From Lingula anatina (taxonomy: Eukaryota > Animalia > Brachiopoda), in the NCBI GenBank assembly GCA_051362555.1, contig CM120640.1:9238001-9302000 (forward strand): 64,000 bases of DNA. Direction: 5' to 3'. A program made the translations under genes and the position numbers. The notes beneath the pieces are model-generated. The model searched no databases. It saw only the letters and a list, made by a program, of their open reading frames with translations, and was not told the DNA's origin. How positions within the stretch are numbered: the stretch's first letter is position 1; each line of letters starts with the position of its first letter. Below, piece after piece: positions 1 to 14,500 of the stretch.

Positions 1-1329
1 TTGAGGGACGCCTGGTATAAGCTGAGGAAAAGGTTGGAGAATTGGAGAGCACCGAACGTTGTGATCTTGATAACGTCAAAAGCTATCTAATTTCAACATT
101 ATTTTAATTAATTCGTAACAAGCCTCCATTGTTCCGATGTGAATTGATCTGTCTAGTGATGTTAGTCAACTTGAAGAAATGTTTAACTGTTCAATTTCTA
201 CACTACTGAAAATGTACCTGTAAAAGCTTTCGCCCCAACACTTAGGACTTCATAAGGCACACTAAAGCCAGGAGACAGTGTATAGTAAGCATTCTAGTGA
301 GCAGTTCTTGTAATACTGCCCAGATGCGAGACAAGTTGTGCCTCCCCCGTCCTTGCTCAGTAAGGGTCTCTTGGCCCTAGTGTAAATAAACTCCTTCACC
401 CCCCCCCACCCCCCCATTGAACCCCAGGGCGTATTCATTATATACTGTCTCATAAATTTAGTGCGACTTTTCTCAATATTAACTATTCATTCTAATATTC
501 TTTTAAAACTACATACATCCAGTATACAGAATGTAGAATATTTTAATTTTTATAGTTCACAATATTTTTATAGGGTTTATAGTTTATAGACACCAACTTC
601 GTCTTTTGAATTATTATTGTGATATTACTCATGTATCAATTTGACATTGTACACAGCATGTAAACTGCGTTTTGAGGGAATAAATGCAATAATAATAATA
701 ATAATGATAGTATTGTTAAATTACATTGATCCTGTGCAAGGTAACCAGTACTTTATTTTGAAACAACTGTTTTTTTATTATGTAAACAATTAAAAAAAAT
801 GAAAGAAACGACCGTGCAGGTTAAAATATTTATTTTTTTTTTTATTCAAAGTAGGAAATTTCAGAACTGTTTGAAAAAATTGATTTTTGACATACCTCAT
901 TATTAAGAAGTGTTGACAATGACCCGTAAAGTATATTCTAGATTTTTCAAATTCTGATAATATAAATGCAATGAACAAGTAGTTTCATTGTTTCTGATAC
1001 GCTTTCTGATGCCACACACTAAGAAAAAAAACACGCTTGATTATAAAATCATATCACGTGTATGAAATCATTTGTATTCACAGAGAGATTTTACTTCAGA
1101 TTGAATTGATGATTGTCTGAGGAAAAACGATGCAATCATGCATTAAAACGAGCATGTTGCGCATTTTGTATGCCTGAACACGCAAATCGGGTTCGTCCCC
1201 TTCTCGAGGACAACTGATATGCCAAGAATTCTGGATCACGATCACTGACGAAGTTTTTATCACTGACCACTGAAGTGCTCATGATCATTTCGCCATTCTC
1301 CTAGTTTGCTTCTTGCCACACACCACAAC

Positions 1330-4300
1330 ATGGCTGAAGGATTCGATCGCATCCTAAGCGATATTGGTGAGTAGTTATTTGTAACCAACGGTTAACATTC
1401 GTACAGCAACTGTAGTTATCAGGCATCGCTAGTAATGAAAAATGTACATATGTAGGCAATGTATTCTCTGCTATGACTGTAAAAAAAAAAAAAAAAAAGA
1501 AAAATTCAAGTATCGGAGGCACAACACATTATGTTGAAATTTTAAATGCACTCAAAGTAAGTAATGTGATGTTGTTATTGGAATGATTAATGCCTTTCCC
1601 TTTACACAAATATTTAACAAACAACAATCAAAACATTTTGTTAATAAGAAGTATTCTGCCTGGTTTGACAACCACTAGTCAATTAGGTACATGGTATAAT
1701 TCCTTGCACCAGCCAAGCATTTTTGCAAAGTTTGAAGCGTCGTTTGACATTCTAAAGAATAACTGTGACAAATAACTGTAATAAATAACTGTAATTCAGT
1801 CATGGAAGCATCCATGTACCAAATATTGACCACTTAGTCTTCTATTAATACAGGTATATTGAAAACAAATGTTTTGAAATATATAATACGTAACTTCCGT
1901 CTCTGATACGTTCCGTCTCTTTATACGTTACGTGTCTCTCACTTTAATAAACAAATCTCGATTATGCAGTCAATAGAGTTTCCAGATGATTTATTTAAAA
2001 GAAATCTGAATAAGTAGGGTATGAATTCAAGGTGGCTAATGACAAGTGTTTTTTTTTTTCAGGTAAGATAGGGCCTAGACAAATCGCAATAGCTTTTATC
2101 ATAAGATCCAGTGGAATGATGACTGCATGGACAATTCTTATACCTGTTTTCATTGGCGCCAAGCCTAACTGGGTGTGTCCATCCTACGTCAACGGCACGG
2201 GAACAAATGATTCAGAGTACGGTCTGACATCCTCTTGGTATACAGGCAACCGTAGCGTGGAGAATGCATGTACAGAAGATAACGAGATCTGTGCAGGAAT
2301 AGAGTACACATCTGCGTTCACTACCGTAGTTACAGAGGTTAAGTACAGGCAAATCTTTTAACTCACCCAAATATTCATTTCTACCTGGGAATTAAAATGG
2401 TTAACTGCACGGGATCGCGTGATAATTTTAAAATTGCTTGACCTTTTCGTTGAATGTTCCAGCTTGCGTCACTCGTTGAAATACACTCTTATCATTAGGA
2501 ATTTACCTTTTCACAAATAATACCCTGAAACAGACAATAGATCGGACTTAGTTGTTCTTTTCGTATTGGTTTTTTTTAATGTAAACTATAATGCTGTCAC
2601 CTCAAAGATATCACACGCTTTTTGAGGTGTGAGACTATTACCCGCGTAAAATATTGCCTTGAAATTGCAAGTAATGCATGTAATCAGTTTTTGATTACGC
2701 TAAATGAAAAGTGTTCCAAAAAACGAAACGAACGAACAAACAAACAAACAAATAAACAAAAAATATTTATCTGTGAGGTATTTCTCGGTTTCGAATTCGT
2801 TCGAGTTATGGTAGGCAAGCAACATAAAATTGTCAGAGGCGCCAGTCTTTTATACTATAAACGATCATTTGAAGAAGGGGATATATTTGGAGTATAAGTG
2901 TTTTTAAGTGCTTATGACCAGTTTTGTGACATAGTATTGCTTGCATACTTGTAGTATGATAGAGATATAAGGATTGAAAAAAATCACTTTGAAATGAATG
3001 ACACAAACTGGTTTGGAGAAATCCCATTTCTTTTCTTCTTTTTTAGTGGAATCTAATCTGCAGTTTGGAAAATGTCAGCTCCATAATTACAACCTTCCAA
3101 ATGGCTGGTATCTTCTTCGGAGCCCTCTTGTTTGGTCACCTTTCGGATAAATTTGGAAGAAAAAAAGTGTGGTTTGCAATGCTTACTTTAAACTCAATAG
3201 TTGGTTTTTGTGGCGCGTTTGCACCAATGTGGGAAGTGTACGCCGCCATTCGCTTCGTGAACGGAATGTTTGCTGGAGGTAAGATTTTTTATCTAAAGGC
3301 AAGTAAATCTGTCCAAATAACTTGCTTTCTTTTTAAACAAATAGTATCAATTGATTGGGTTGTGTAATATTTCTTCATGTCCCACATTCTGCAAGTCTAT
3401 TACAGGTTTGATGCTTGTCTCTTTTGTCTGGCCCATGGAGTTTGTAAACGTCAGATGGAGATTGTACGTCAAATCTTTCAGCCTTTGGTCCCCCGCCAGC
3501 TTACTGCTGCCACTGTTGGCATACTTCATCCGTGACTGGAAAACATTGCTGATGGTGACAACACCATTTCCAACGGTGTTTGTTTTGTTCTTATGGAAGT
3601 AGGTCAAATCTTTCCAAAAAAATACTTCATGTTGCTTACACGCCCCCTTTTTTTATCTTCGTTAACTGAAGTGGAAATCATCCGAGGTTGCTTCAAGGCA
3701 AACGAAGCTGTCGGTAAAACGTTACGTCATACATTGCACGAGGCTAGAAAGCGTGCGAGAATTCAAGTGAGGTAGTGTTAACCTTTCAGTTATTATGGTT
3801 GAGCTCTTCGCGCCGCGTATGACGTGTTAGACAGCAGTATGATTTGTCTTTGTCTTTTGGCCCCATTTTAAGTGCAGCAATGGATATACCTAAACGGGAT
3901 GTCCTCGCTCGACACGGTCAATCAATTTACTCCAAAGCAGAAACCGAACTGGTATAGATTTGCTGAAATGGAGTCCAGTTGTATGTGTACCTACTTAACT
4001 GCAGGGCAGAAAGCACCAAATAATTCCTTTTTTCCATACTTAGAAATGCCTGCAAAACTGCATGAACAAAATAATTTGGTAAACATTTCCTATCCCCATG
4101 GAATGCAGACATATTGACATAACTCCAAATGGCACAAAAATATACTGTTAAAAAGCTTATTTTCTTACCGGCAGTGCTTGAATACGTGCACCACTGTTGT
4201 TTGTAAACAAACAATTGTACCGCTCATAGTCAGAGATCCCACACTGCACGACACATGTGCCTGGTCCTGAATAAAATAGGCAGCAATTTAAACACAAGCC

Positions 4301-7300
4301 TGCAAGTTGACACCAAAATTAACCATAGCAACATACAAGAAATGTCAGAAAAAAATTGGAAAAAAATCACTTATTTATCTCACAGCATTACATTGGTGGA
4401 TTCTGCCCTGCATACCCATCAAGGTGAACTGGCCCAGACTGGATCGGTTGGGCATATACCGCTCGTCTGAGAAAAACAACCAGACATATCCGTGGATCAG
4501 CTTTTATTCACTGGAGCACGCACTCGATTGTATGCTATTGTTTCTAACCCCACTCTTCTTCAAATCCCGCGAAATCTTGGTTGGTTTTACGCGAGACACT
4601 GGGCTAATGTGGATGATTCCCATTCTCTGCAGCTCATTCCCCGACCGACAATGAATTATCTTGAGACTTGTCTACTTTTTTGTTAATCACAGAAGAAACA
4701 AAACATTTCTATTCCTCTAGACTATGTTTTTGAATTAACGATAGCCTTGCCATTAATCAACATGCCTTTATCATGATGGGGTTTCAAAAATATGTGACAA
4801 AAACCGTATAGCATCTTGTTGAGAATTTCATTTTTTGAAGATGTAATACAATATAACTTATTGCAATTTTATTAGAAAATGATTTTAAAATGTTTTCCAT
4901 AGATTTATCCCAGAGAGTCCTCGCTGGCTGCTTATGCATGACAGAATTGAAGAAGCAGAAAAGGTTTTGAGCTCCATTGCAATAGAAAACAAAAAAAACG
5001 CCAATAAGTTCTGATGCACTGAGAAAATTTGTTGAGGTATTTGAAATATTAATTTGAATAATGTCAAGTTAAGTGCTTAAATAATTAGATCAATTCAGAA
5101 ATTATCTAATAACTCCATGAACTCCATGGCTAAGTCAAGAAATGCATCGAAAATTTACCTGTTGGCATATTTTATTAACTTTGATACTGAATGTTTGAAC
5201 ATTATATAATACGTATAGAGCTTTGATTGCAGTCTATTACGTTAGCTGACAGACATTCGTATTTATCAGATTTATAAAAATTATCGAAAGTGATCGCATG
5301 CTGTTGAAGCTGAATAGCTTTTTTTTAGCATGATCTAATAACCATCTCTTGATTTAAATCTAAATTACTTCTGTAGGAAGAAAAAGCGAAAGCTGTAACT
5401 TTGAAACACTACGCCATCTGGGACTTGTTTAGGACACCGCAGCTAACAAAATATACATTGGTTCTCATGTTCAATTGGTGGGTTGCGTTTTATTTAATAA
5501 AAGTTGTGCTATTTGTTTTACTCGTGCTATTTGTTTTACTCGAGTAATGTACTAAAATAGTTGTCTCGTGTCAATTGTGATTTCTTTCTCATTGTAAAAT
5601 GCCTTTAAAGTTTTTATTGTGAAAAATCCTAAGAATATATGGAACTTTTATTTGGTTATAGGTTCGTGTATTCTATGACATTTTATGGATTATCGCTCAA
5701 CGTGAAGCAGTTGCCCGGAGACGTGTATGTCAACTTTGCTCTTTTGTCAGCGCTTGAGTTAGTGGCACTTGTTTCTGTTTTAATAACTGGCAACAGGTAT
5801 GTGTTTTTTCTCTCTTTTAAAACCATGAATATTTCTAACAACGTGTAAAGATATGCACCGATGCTTGCTTGTCGCTATAGGCTAATGCACATCGTGATTT
5901 GGCAAATGGTTTTAAATGGGAGCTAAAATCTATTTGATTTCCGGACACCTGGGGACATGATTGAGATTTTGTTTACTTGTTTAGATGTGGATCGATGCCA
6001 GATAATACGTAGCCGCTTGTTGATAATTCTTTTTGTACCTGAAGGCAGGGTTGGGAGGTTGGTTTTTATTTTTATTGTTTTTTGCCGGATTTCGGTTGAA
6101 AACGCATCTCACAAACAAATAATAGATCACAATCACCATGATAAAATATTAAGCATCATTAACATATATCACCAAATACTGTTCGACGATTGGTGTGACG
6201 GGTATCACTCAGTTTAAGTTAATATTCTCAAGTATGCTTTTAGAGCAGATGCTGTTGATATGTAAAAGAAGTGTATAGGTTAAGCTTTAGCTTTAGCGTC
6301 GTTCATTATCAAACGACATTGGTGTATTTGTTTACAATAAATTTTGTAACATTCGGAGACCAATTTGAGGATACTATTATACTGAAGTAACTACGCTTTG
6401 TTTCGTGTAGGATTGGCCGCCGGTTGGTGATGTTCGTATCAATGCTGATCTGCGGGCTGGCTTTGTTCTCTGTTCTTTTCATTGGGTTAGCGGGTAGGTA
6501 AAAGGGAATGCACATTATGAGGGTTGATGTTCGTGACCACATTATGAAAAGAAGTGTGTTTAAAAGAAAGGTTCAAAATTAACCATTATAATTGTGCGGT
6601 GAAATAAAGAATTTCTGAGCACTATTAAACTTTTCATTCTCTCGACAAATGTATTACAATTTGTAGGTTGCAGGCAAGGAAAATGCTGGATTTTGTCTAA
6701 TTTTGCCCGTTCCACTGGCTTTGCTTTAATTTTTTTTTTCGCCACTAATGAACATACATGTATTGTGAGCAAATATAAAGATATATCTCTTATAATAATA
6801 ATAATAATAATAACAAAAAACTTAATATTACGTGGCGTATAGGCACACATGTATGAATAAGTTTTAAAAAGGCCCTTTACTCCTGTATTGGCTATGCGAC
6901 TAAAAAGTTATTGAGGAACATCTGCTGTGTCTTTAATTAAACTTTTCAGGCAAAATCGATGAGCTTGGAACCCTAGTGACTGCCCTGGCTCTTATTGGCA
7001 AGTTAGGTGTGTCTGCAGCTTGGTCCATTGGGTATCTTTACACCGTGGAACTTTATCCAACTGTTGTCAGGTAATGATATTGACAGTGACTGCAAATTGG
7101 GCTGAAGAACATTCGGTTCCCATGGAAATTGTCAATTTTCATCAATACATATATTTTCATGCATTTTCTTACTTGAATTTTAGTGCTTTTCATCTTTCTT
7201 TTAATCTTGGTGTTTGTTCATTTCTCTTCTACTTTCATAATGTGATTCTCGCTATACATGTCAACCACCCAGCCTCGTTAGTTTTAATTAAAAAGAGTCT

Positions 7301-8034
7301 GTATCGGTTGATAAAATGGGGAAATGCAAATATTTCTGATACGTATTTTTCATTATAGGAGCATCGCCAGTGGGACTGCCTCTATGGCCGCCAGAATAGG
7401 AGGTGTGACTGCTCCACAATTTGGGCTCTTGGTAGGTGCTATTTTTCAGGTATTTAAAATGTTGTGATATTGCTTTGCCACAGTAGAGGCGAATTATTGG
7501 TCCCAATCTCTGCAAATTGGACAATGATCACACATCGTTAGGTTTAACCTGTTAATTTAAACTTTAAACTTTCCGACCATTGTATCTAACGAATTCATTG
7601 TTTTTAGATTTTTGATCCGGCATTATAAATCTCATGAGCATTATCATGTTTTAAGAAATGGTCGTCAAACGTTTCAGTTTGATACAAAATTGAATATTCT
7701 TTCTCGAAATATATTGTTATCGAGACCAATGTTAATTGATATGTTTCACCATCAGGGCACCATATCCGGACAACTACCCTTCACAATTTTTGGAACTTTT
7801 GCCCTGGCTGCTGCTTTTCTTGGTCTGCTTTTGCCTGAAACCAAAAAGCGACACCTGTCAGATGCTTTACCGGAATGTTCATTTTCTTGCTTCAACCCAT
7901 CGACGGATGAACACTCCGTCGGCAACGAGGGGATATCAGAGGAAAAAGAACTTGGAAAAAGTAGAGAGACTTTGACGACGGAGATATCATTTGATGACAG
8001 CTCTCCCCCTCTAAAGGTTGTTGAAAAATCGTAA
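1330..8034 (+). CDS. SLC22-family (MFS) organic cation/anion transporter, copy A1; 11 exons; +1 frameshift in exon 5 (pseudogene or homopolymer error)
   Basis: Exons 1330-1366, 2063-2337, 3047-3278, 3406-3598, 4903-5036, 5377-5477, 5662-5796, 6411-6493, 6950-7070, 7359-7431, 7756-8034, all GT-AG. SLC22 motifs: VTEWNLIC, SDKFGRK, PESPRWL, ELYPTVVR, ARIGG, LPETK. Exon 5 is 134 nt versus 133 nt in three paralogs, giving TGA at 5012-5014. Confidence 0.88.
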
Positions 8035-8082
8035 TTTCTGTTGGCATTGCCAAGTTATGTGGGTAACAGAAACGAAGTTTAA

Positions 8083-8083
<1 letters not shown>

Positions 8084-8135
<52 letters not shown>

Positions 8136-8158
8136 GGTATATATATATATATATATAT
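8084..8158. repeat. (TA)n microsatellite, interrupted
   Basis: Direct reading; lies just 3' of the A1 stop codon. Confidence 0.95.
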
Positions 8159-8737
8159 GTAGGTAGCTCAGAGCGACATATTTAAATGCTACAAATGTAG
8201 AAAGTCAGTCAAATATAATATTGAAAATATATTATTAATATGATTATTATTTTGTTAATAAATTTTACAGTCAATGACTCTGAAACTTCAAAGAGTGCAA
8301 ATAAGAGTGTCAAACGGTACCATTAATGAAAAGAAATCAACAAGAAAATTTAGTTATCATTCTATTATCATGAGGTGATGGAAAATCGGGAATTGGTGAA
8401 CTTACGTGCAGGTCAAACGTCACATTATTACATAGTTAAGCAATCACAGTATTTGGATTGATAGCTAATAATGGAGAGTTATGGAAAAATGAATAATAAT
8501 AGATATTACATAAAATCGCGAAACACCGCACCATTACCAAATAAGGGGATGTTAATAGATTGAAGAAAAAATTTAAACGGAAAGTTGTGGAGTAACCAGA
8601 AAATCTGTGTGATGTATCATGATATTTAAATGTGACGTGATAAGCTAAAATGGAGAGTCTTGTGATTGTTGAGGATATATGAATAAAAGTTTTGTGCAAA
8701 AACCAACTTATCAATTTTATTCACCAATATTGTTTAT

Positions 8738-8800
8738 CCCCTCAGCTAGGATAATTGAACCCGGCCTTCGGGGTCGGTCCATTATCCCAGCTTCGGGTCA
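8738..8800. repeat. Short palindromic/hairpin MITE-like fragment
   Basis: gctaggataattgaacccggcc-ttcg-gggtcggtccattatcccagc forms an imperfect stem-loop. Confidence 0.4.
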
Positions 8801-10109
8801 ATAAATTGTCGAGATGACCTAACCCACAGTCATTATGTTTTATTTTTTTTAATTTTCTGGTCTAAACCCTTCTGAAGTACGTTAAGGGTATTTTAACTCT
8901 TTATTGTCATCCAAATACCGGGGTTTTCCTGCATTTAATAATTCAATAATGCTTCTATCTTTGTGCTGCTTTAAAACAATGAAAAAGCCCTCGAAAATAT
9001 AAAATTTCAGCGTTTATATTTTTTCGTTGCAATGTTTAAACATAGGCAACTCAAAACTTTAATCGTCAATTTAACACCTATTTTGAGGTGAGATAGCAAT
9101 CGATATGGGTGTAACTTCATTCCGGAACGGAAGTTGGCATAGTTGACCACGAGTGTATGGGCTACAATCTCGTGCCGTCCTTTTGGTTAAATGTTTTAGT
9201 TATGGAGTTATGAACACCTAATAACATATTTTCATTAAAGGCATTATTTTGCTTAATCAATGATAAAATCTGAACTAAGACTTTCAAGAAAAATCACTGG
9301 AAAAGTTTTGGAGTATTAAATGGTGTCATTAAATTGACGTTAAAACGGTGTTCATGGATGCTCAGGTAAAGGTGAAACTTGAGAAACTGATTTTTCAATT
9401 TTTACCCCCAAATCGTAATTATGACGTCACCCGTAAGATGGCATATGTGAAAATGTTAATTAATTAATTAAGCCACTGAAGCAAATAAGGACCTTTTGTC
9501 AAAAGGTAACAATATCCTTAAGTGGTATATGTATAGACCTATGATTTCCCTTGGGCTGAGTCTGGGAGTAGGCAGCTCAGGATGAGGTTGGAGAATGGGA
9601 TGGCATAGAGCTTTGTGATTGTTCATATGATAACGTCAAATGATATGTTATTTTCAAAAAAGTTTTATTGATCTCTAACAAGCCTTCAATCCAATATACG
9701 GAAGAAAGTTTTAGGGTTTTCTTTATATGTTTTCAATAAATTGTGTTTATTTTTTTAGACATTAACTTCATCTAAATTCTTTCAATTTTTTTATCATCAC
9801 TCATTTATTAATTTGACATTGTAAACAACATATTAACTGCTTTTTAAGGATACTATATTATTATTGCTTCAGGTCCATTAAAGTACAAGTTCATACTTTG
9901 GAAATGCCAGAACGAGAAAAATGATAAAACAAAAAATTGCTTAAATTCAAGAAAAAATAATAATTCAGTCAACCTGGTTTTCCAATTTGAGATGTATGTC
10001 AATTGCATAGCAATCCTAAGAATCATTATTGTAGGTTATAATATAACAAGTAATACAATTTTCCTTATATAGCGTTTGTGGTGGCCGGCAGCGCACAAGA
10101 AAGGTATTT

Positions 10110-11083
10110 TCTCATTTTGATGTTTATTACTACATAAGCTTAACAGCATAATCACCATCGATTTTTAATTATCTGCTATACGTAACATGCACATTTGGAA
10201 AATGTAACTACCATTCGGCTTCACGCCCATAGGGGTTCTAAGTCCTACTTTGAAAACGCCTATATGTGACAAATGAAAATTTTACAAAACTGCATATCTT
10301 CCAGAAAAAGAATTCAATCAGATTGATTTTCTAGTTCAGTTTCTAGTGCATTTCAGTCCTATGCATCTTTTCTGTGAGTTTGAGAATCATGGTTCTCCTT
10401 TAACGGGCACTTTGGCGGCAGTACAAAAAATAGGGTTTAATTCCAATTTTGATGCAATATTACATAATGCTTAACAGCATAGTCACCACCGATAGGTCCA
10501 TGGAAGTTCAAAGTAACACCTTGAAAGTGCCAATATGTGAAAAATGAACATTTCACAAAAATGCATAACTTCAAGAAAATAAATCTGCTTAGCCTTGTTT
10601 TCGAAATAGACCTCTATTTTCGAATATTGATCACTCCTGGAAGTTTAAAGACATAGTTTAACTTTTTTAACTTAATGTGTTACCGGTATTTTATATATGC
10701 TGAAAAAAAGGAAAAAACAACAACATATTTGTTGGAAAAATGGTCCGATCAAGCGGATTTTCGAACTTGACCTGCATCTCTTTTTAATTGATTATATCTG
10801 TAAGTTTGAAGATAATTGGCCCATCGATTTTTTCTTAAAACATGTTATCTGTATTGCTTATATGCTAATAAAGTCAATAAATAAATAAAGAAATAAATAA
10901 AATAACATTTAGGAAAATAGTCTGATCAAGCTTCGAAGTTGACTTGCATTTTATGAATATTAATCCGATCGGTAAGTTTGAAAACAAAGGGTTTAACGTT
11001 TTTCCACTTATCGTGTTATTACAGAAAGTGCACAGCGACGACTGCGACGGCGACGACAGACGCAGATGACGTGTCTGAACATA
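10110..11083 (-). mobile_element. Degenerate Helentron-associated (HINE/DINE-1-like) non-autonomous element, same family as 30978-34152
   Basis: The reverse complement reads tatgttcagacac..catctgcgtctgtcgtcgccgtcgc..gtgcactt..aacacgataagtggaaaa, then core units (gcaagtcaacttcgaa / gcaggtcaagttcgaaaatc) and a distal segment matching 33215-33310. No counterpart is evident in the matching upstream region of A1. Confidence 0.7.
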
Positions 11084-11576
11084 CTGAATGAAAGAAAGGG
11101 TCTTGCAAAAAAAAATATATATAGTATCCTTCATGTCTCCCCAGAATGTGCATGTGCGTAAATAAGCTCTGGATATTGTTGTCGCCATAAAATGTCGTTT
11201 GACTACGCCAAACTTTTTTCCCACAATAGGCCGTTGACAATTGTTTATGTTCGAAAAATTGATTTTTAGCAATAACGTTCAGACTTAACTTTCTGATGCA
11301 ATCTTATGTAATCATATTTTGTATATTTACTAACTTGAATACACAGATAGATTTTACTGCAGTTCTAACTGACACTTGGGCACGTTGAACCAATGCAACC
11401 ATGCATGTTTGGGAAAAAACGCCAATGTTTCGCATTTTGTATGCCTCTTCTCGAAGACAACTGATGTTCCTAAAATGCTGCATCACGATCGTCACGCACA
11501 CAGGTTTTATAACTGATCCCTGAATTGCTTATTTCTCCTCTTCTCTCCTAGTCTGTCGGTTGCGACACCTCACAAA

Positions 11577-14500
11577 ATGGCTGAAGGATTCGATCGCATC
11601 CTAAACGATATTGGTAAGTAGTTATTTGCAACCAACGGTTAGTATTTGCACAGCAACTGTATTGAGTAGGCAAAGCATGCAATAACAACTTTAGTAGATA
11701 ATGTGTTTGGTGCTACGACTGCGAGATGAGAAAAGTGTATGTAGTATTGGTGGCACAATCATAATTTATGTTGAAAATTTAAATGCTTACGCAAAATAGC
11801 TTTTGTGAAATCGTTCATTTATTGGAATAGGGATGATTTTTACTTTACACGAGTATTTTAATAACTAAAATAATTAAAATCAACCAACAGTCAATTAATA
11901 AGGCGTATATTTCCGCCTAGTTGGACAACCAATTACAAGCCAAGCATCTTCGCAAAGATTGATCCAGTGTGTGACACATTACTATACTTCAGTCATGGAA
12001 TCATACTCAGATTTTTAAATACAAATATATCGAAAATTTTATCGATATGAATAATTGGTAACTTTCATCTTTATGTTTAAACGTTTAGTGTATGTCTAAC
12101 ACTTTAATCTAAAGGCCCGATTATGCATTTAATAGAATTTCCAGACAATAAATTGAAATAAGTAAGGTGGCCAATATATTATTATTCAGGTAAGATAGGA
12201 CCTAGACAAATCGCAACAGCGTTTATTATAAGGTCCAGCTCATTCATGACTGCATGGACAATTCTTATACCTGTTTTCATTGGCGCCAAGCCTAACTGGG
12301 TGTGTCCATCCTACGTCAATGGCACGGGAACAAATGATTCAGAGTACGGTCTGACATCCTCTTGGTATACAGGCAACCGTAGCGTGGAGAATGCATGTAC
12401 AGAAGATAACGAGATCTGTGCAGGAATAGAGTACACATCTGCGTTCACTTCCGTAGTTACAGAGGTAAAGTACAGGCAATTTTTTCAACTAACCCAAATA
12501 TATTTTATTTCTCCTCGTTTACACAGTCGAGCATAAGTAAAGGATAAACGCGAGTATGATACTCGAAATTCGGTCATGGACGGCCGCTTTTATTTAAAGG
12601 TCCCTCCAGTAGAAGAAATGGTGTAAATTATGGCTTGGAAATTAGACTCCAGTATACCATAAATGGTCGCTTGAAGAAGGGGATATACTTGGGGTATTTG
12701 AGCATACCTATAGGTCTTTTTTAAGTGCTAATGATCATTTGTTGAAACTTGATGTTGCGTATAAAATATGGCACTGTCATAAGTGTTAGAATGGAAAAAA
12801 ATACTTTAAGATAAATGATACAAACTCAGGTCTACCCAACCACCAGACACACACCTTGAAAACGGGTAGTGTGGTCCGATATACCGGTGAATTCAGGATC
12901 ATTCGGTGCCAAGTCTGGTAGTTGGGTAGTAGGCCTGAAACTGTTTGGGTGAATCGACATTTCTTTCCCTTTTTAGTGGAATCTAATCTGCAGTTTGGAA
13001 AATGTCAGCACCATAATTACAACCTTACAAATGGCAGGAATTTTCTTCGGAGCCCTCTTGTTTGGTCACCTTTCGGATAAATTTGGAAGAAAAATAGTGT
13101 GGTTTACAGCGCTGACTCTAAACTCAATTGTTGGTTTTTGTGGCGCTTTTGCACCAGTGTGGGAAGTGTACGCCGCCATTCGCTTCGTGAACGGAATGTT
13201 TGCTGGAGGTAAGATTTTTTTTTAAATTAAGGGCCAGTCTACATGTTCATATACGAGTAGATTTCTTTCTTTCAACATTAATGTATTCAATTTATTGGGC
13301 TGTGTAGTTTTTTTTTCGGGTTACACAGTCTGATTGTCTATTACAGGTTTGATGCTTGTCTCTTTTGTCTGGCCCATGGAGTTTGTAAACGTCAGATGGA
13401 GACTGTACGTCAAATCTTTCAGCCTTTGGTCCCCCGCCAGCTTACTGCTGTCACTGTTGGCATACTTCATCCGTGACTGGAAAACATTGCTGATGGTGAC
13501 AGCACCATTTCCAACGGTGTTTGTTTTGTTCTTATGGAAGTAGGTCTGACCTTACCTTATAGCTACTCAACTTTGTTTACACCCCGTAAACTGAAATGGA
13601 AATCATCCGAGGTTGCCTCAAGGCAAACGAGGCTGTCGGTTAAACGTTACGTCATACATTGCACAAGACTAGAAAGCGTTATGGCTGAGCTTTGGACGCC
13701 GGAAATGTCGTTTTAGCAAGCAGTGAAATTTGTGCTTGGACAATTTGTATTTGTTTTTAAGTACAAAAATGAGACACCTAGCTAAGCGGGGTCCCCTCGC
13801 TCGACACGGTCAAGCAACTCCATAGCAGAAATCGAACTTATGGAGATCTGCTGACAGGGAATACAGTACACGTACCTCCTAACGTAATTGCAGGGTACAT
13901 GCAGGACATGTCAAGGTGATCTGGCCCAATATGGACCAGTTGGGCATACCGCTTGAAATGAAAATGGCCTAACAGTATTGAGAAAGCAACCTGGAAAACA
14001 CACGCGTATACTTTCTATCAGCTTTTAATCGTTCCTGTGCCGCACTCGCGAAATCTTGGTTGATTTTACGCGAGATATTTGGCTAACTTGGATGATTCCC
14101 ATTCTCTACAGCTCATTCCACGACCGATAATGAATTGTCTTGAGATTTCGCCACTTTTTTTTTATTAATCACAAAGAAACATACTTACCTTCCTGAGCCA
14201 CCTGTTGTCTAATCTAAAAAACGATTTAGAAATTACGCAAGCCTCGCCACAATAAACATTCCCTCATGATGCTGGGATTTTAAAAAATGTGTGAAAATAA
14301 TAAAAATGTATAACATGTTGTTGAGAATTTCATTATTTGAAAAGATATAATATTGTTACATTAAATATTGCGATGTTACTACGAAATTATTTTAAGATAT
14401 TTACTTTTCCTTAGATTTATCCCAGAGAGTCCTCGCTGGTTGCTTATGCATGACAGAATTGAAGAAGCAGAAAAGATTTTGAGCTCCATTGCAATAGGTA

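Noticed and set aside
1-700. Similarity of 1-130 and 600-690 to 9555-9870
   Set aside because: Explained as upstream flank included in the A1/A2 tandem duplication, not a separate element.
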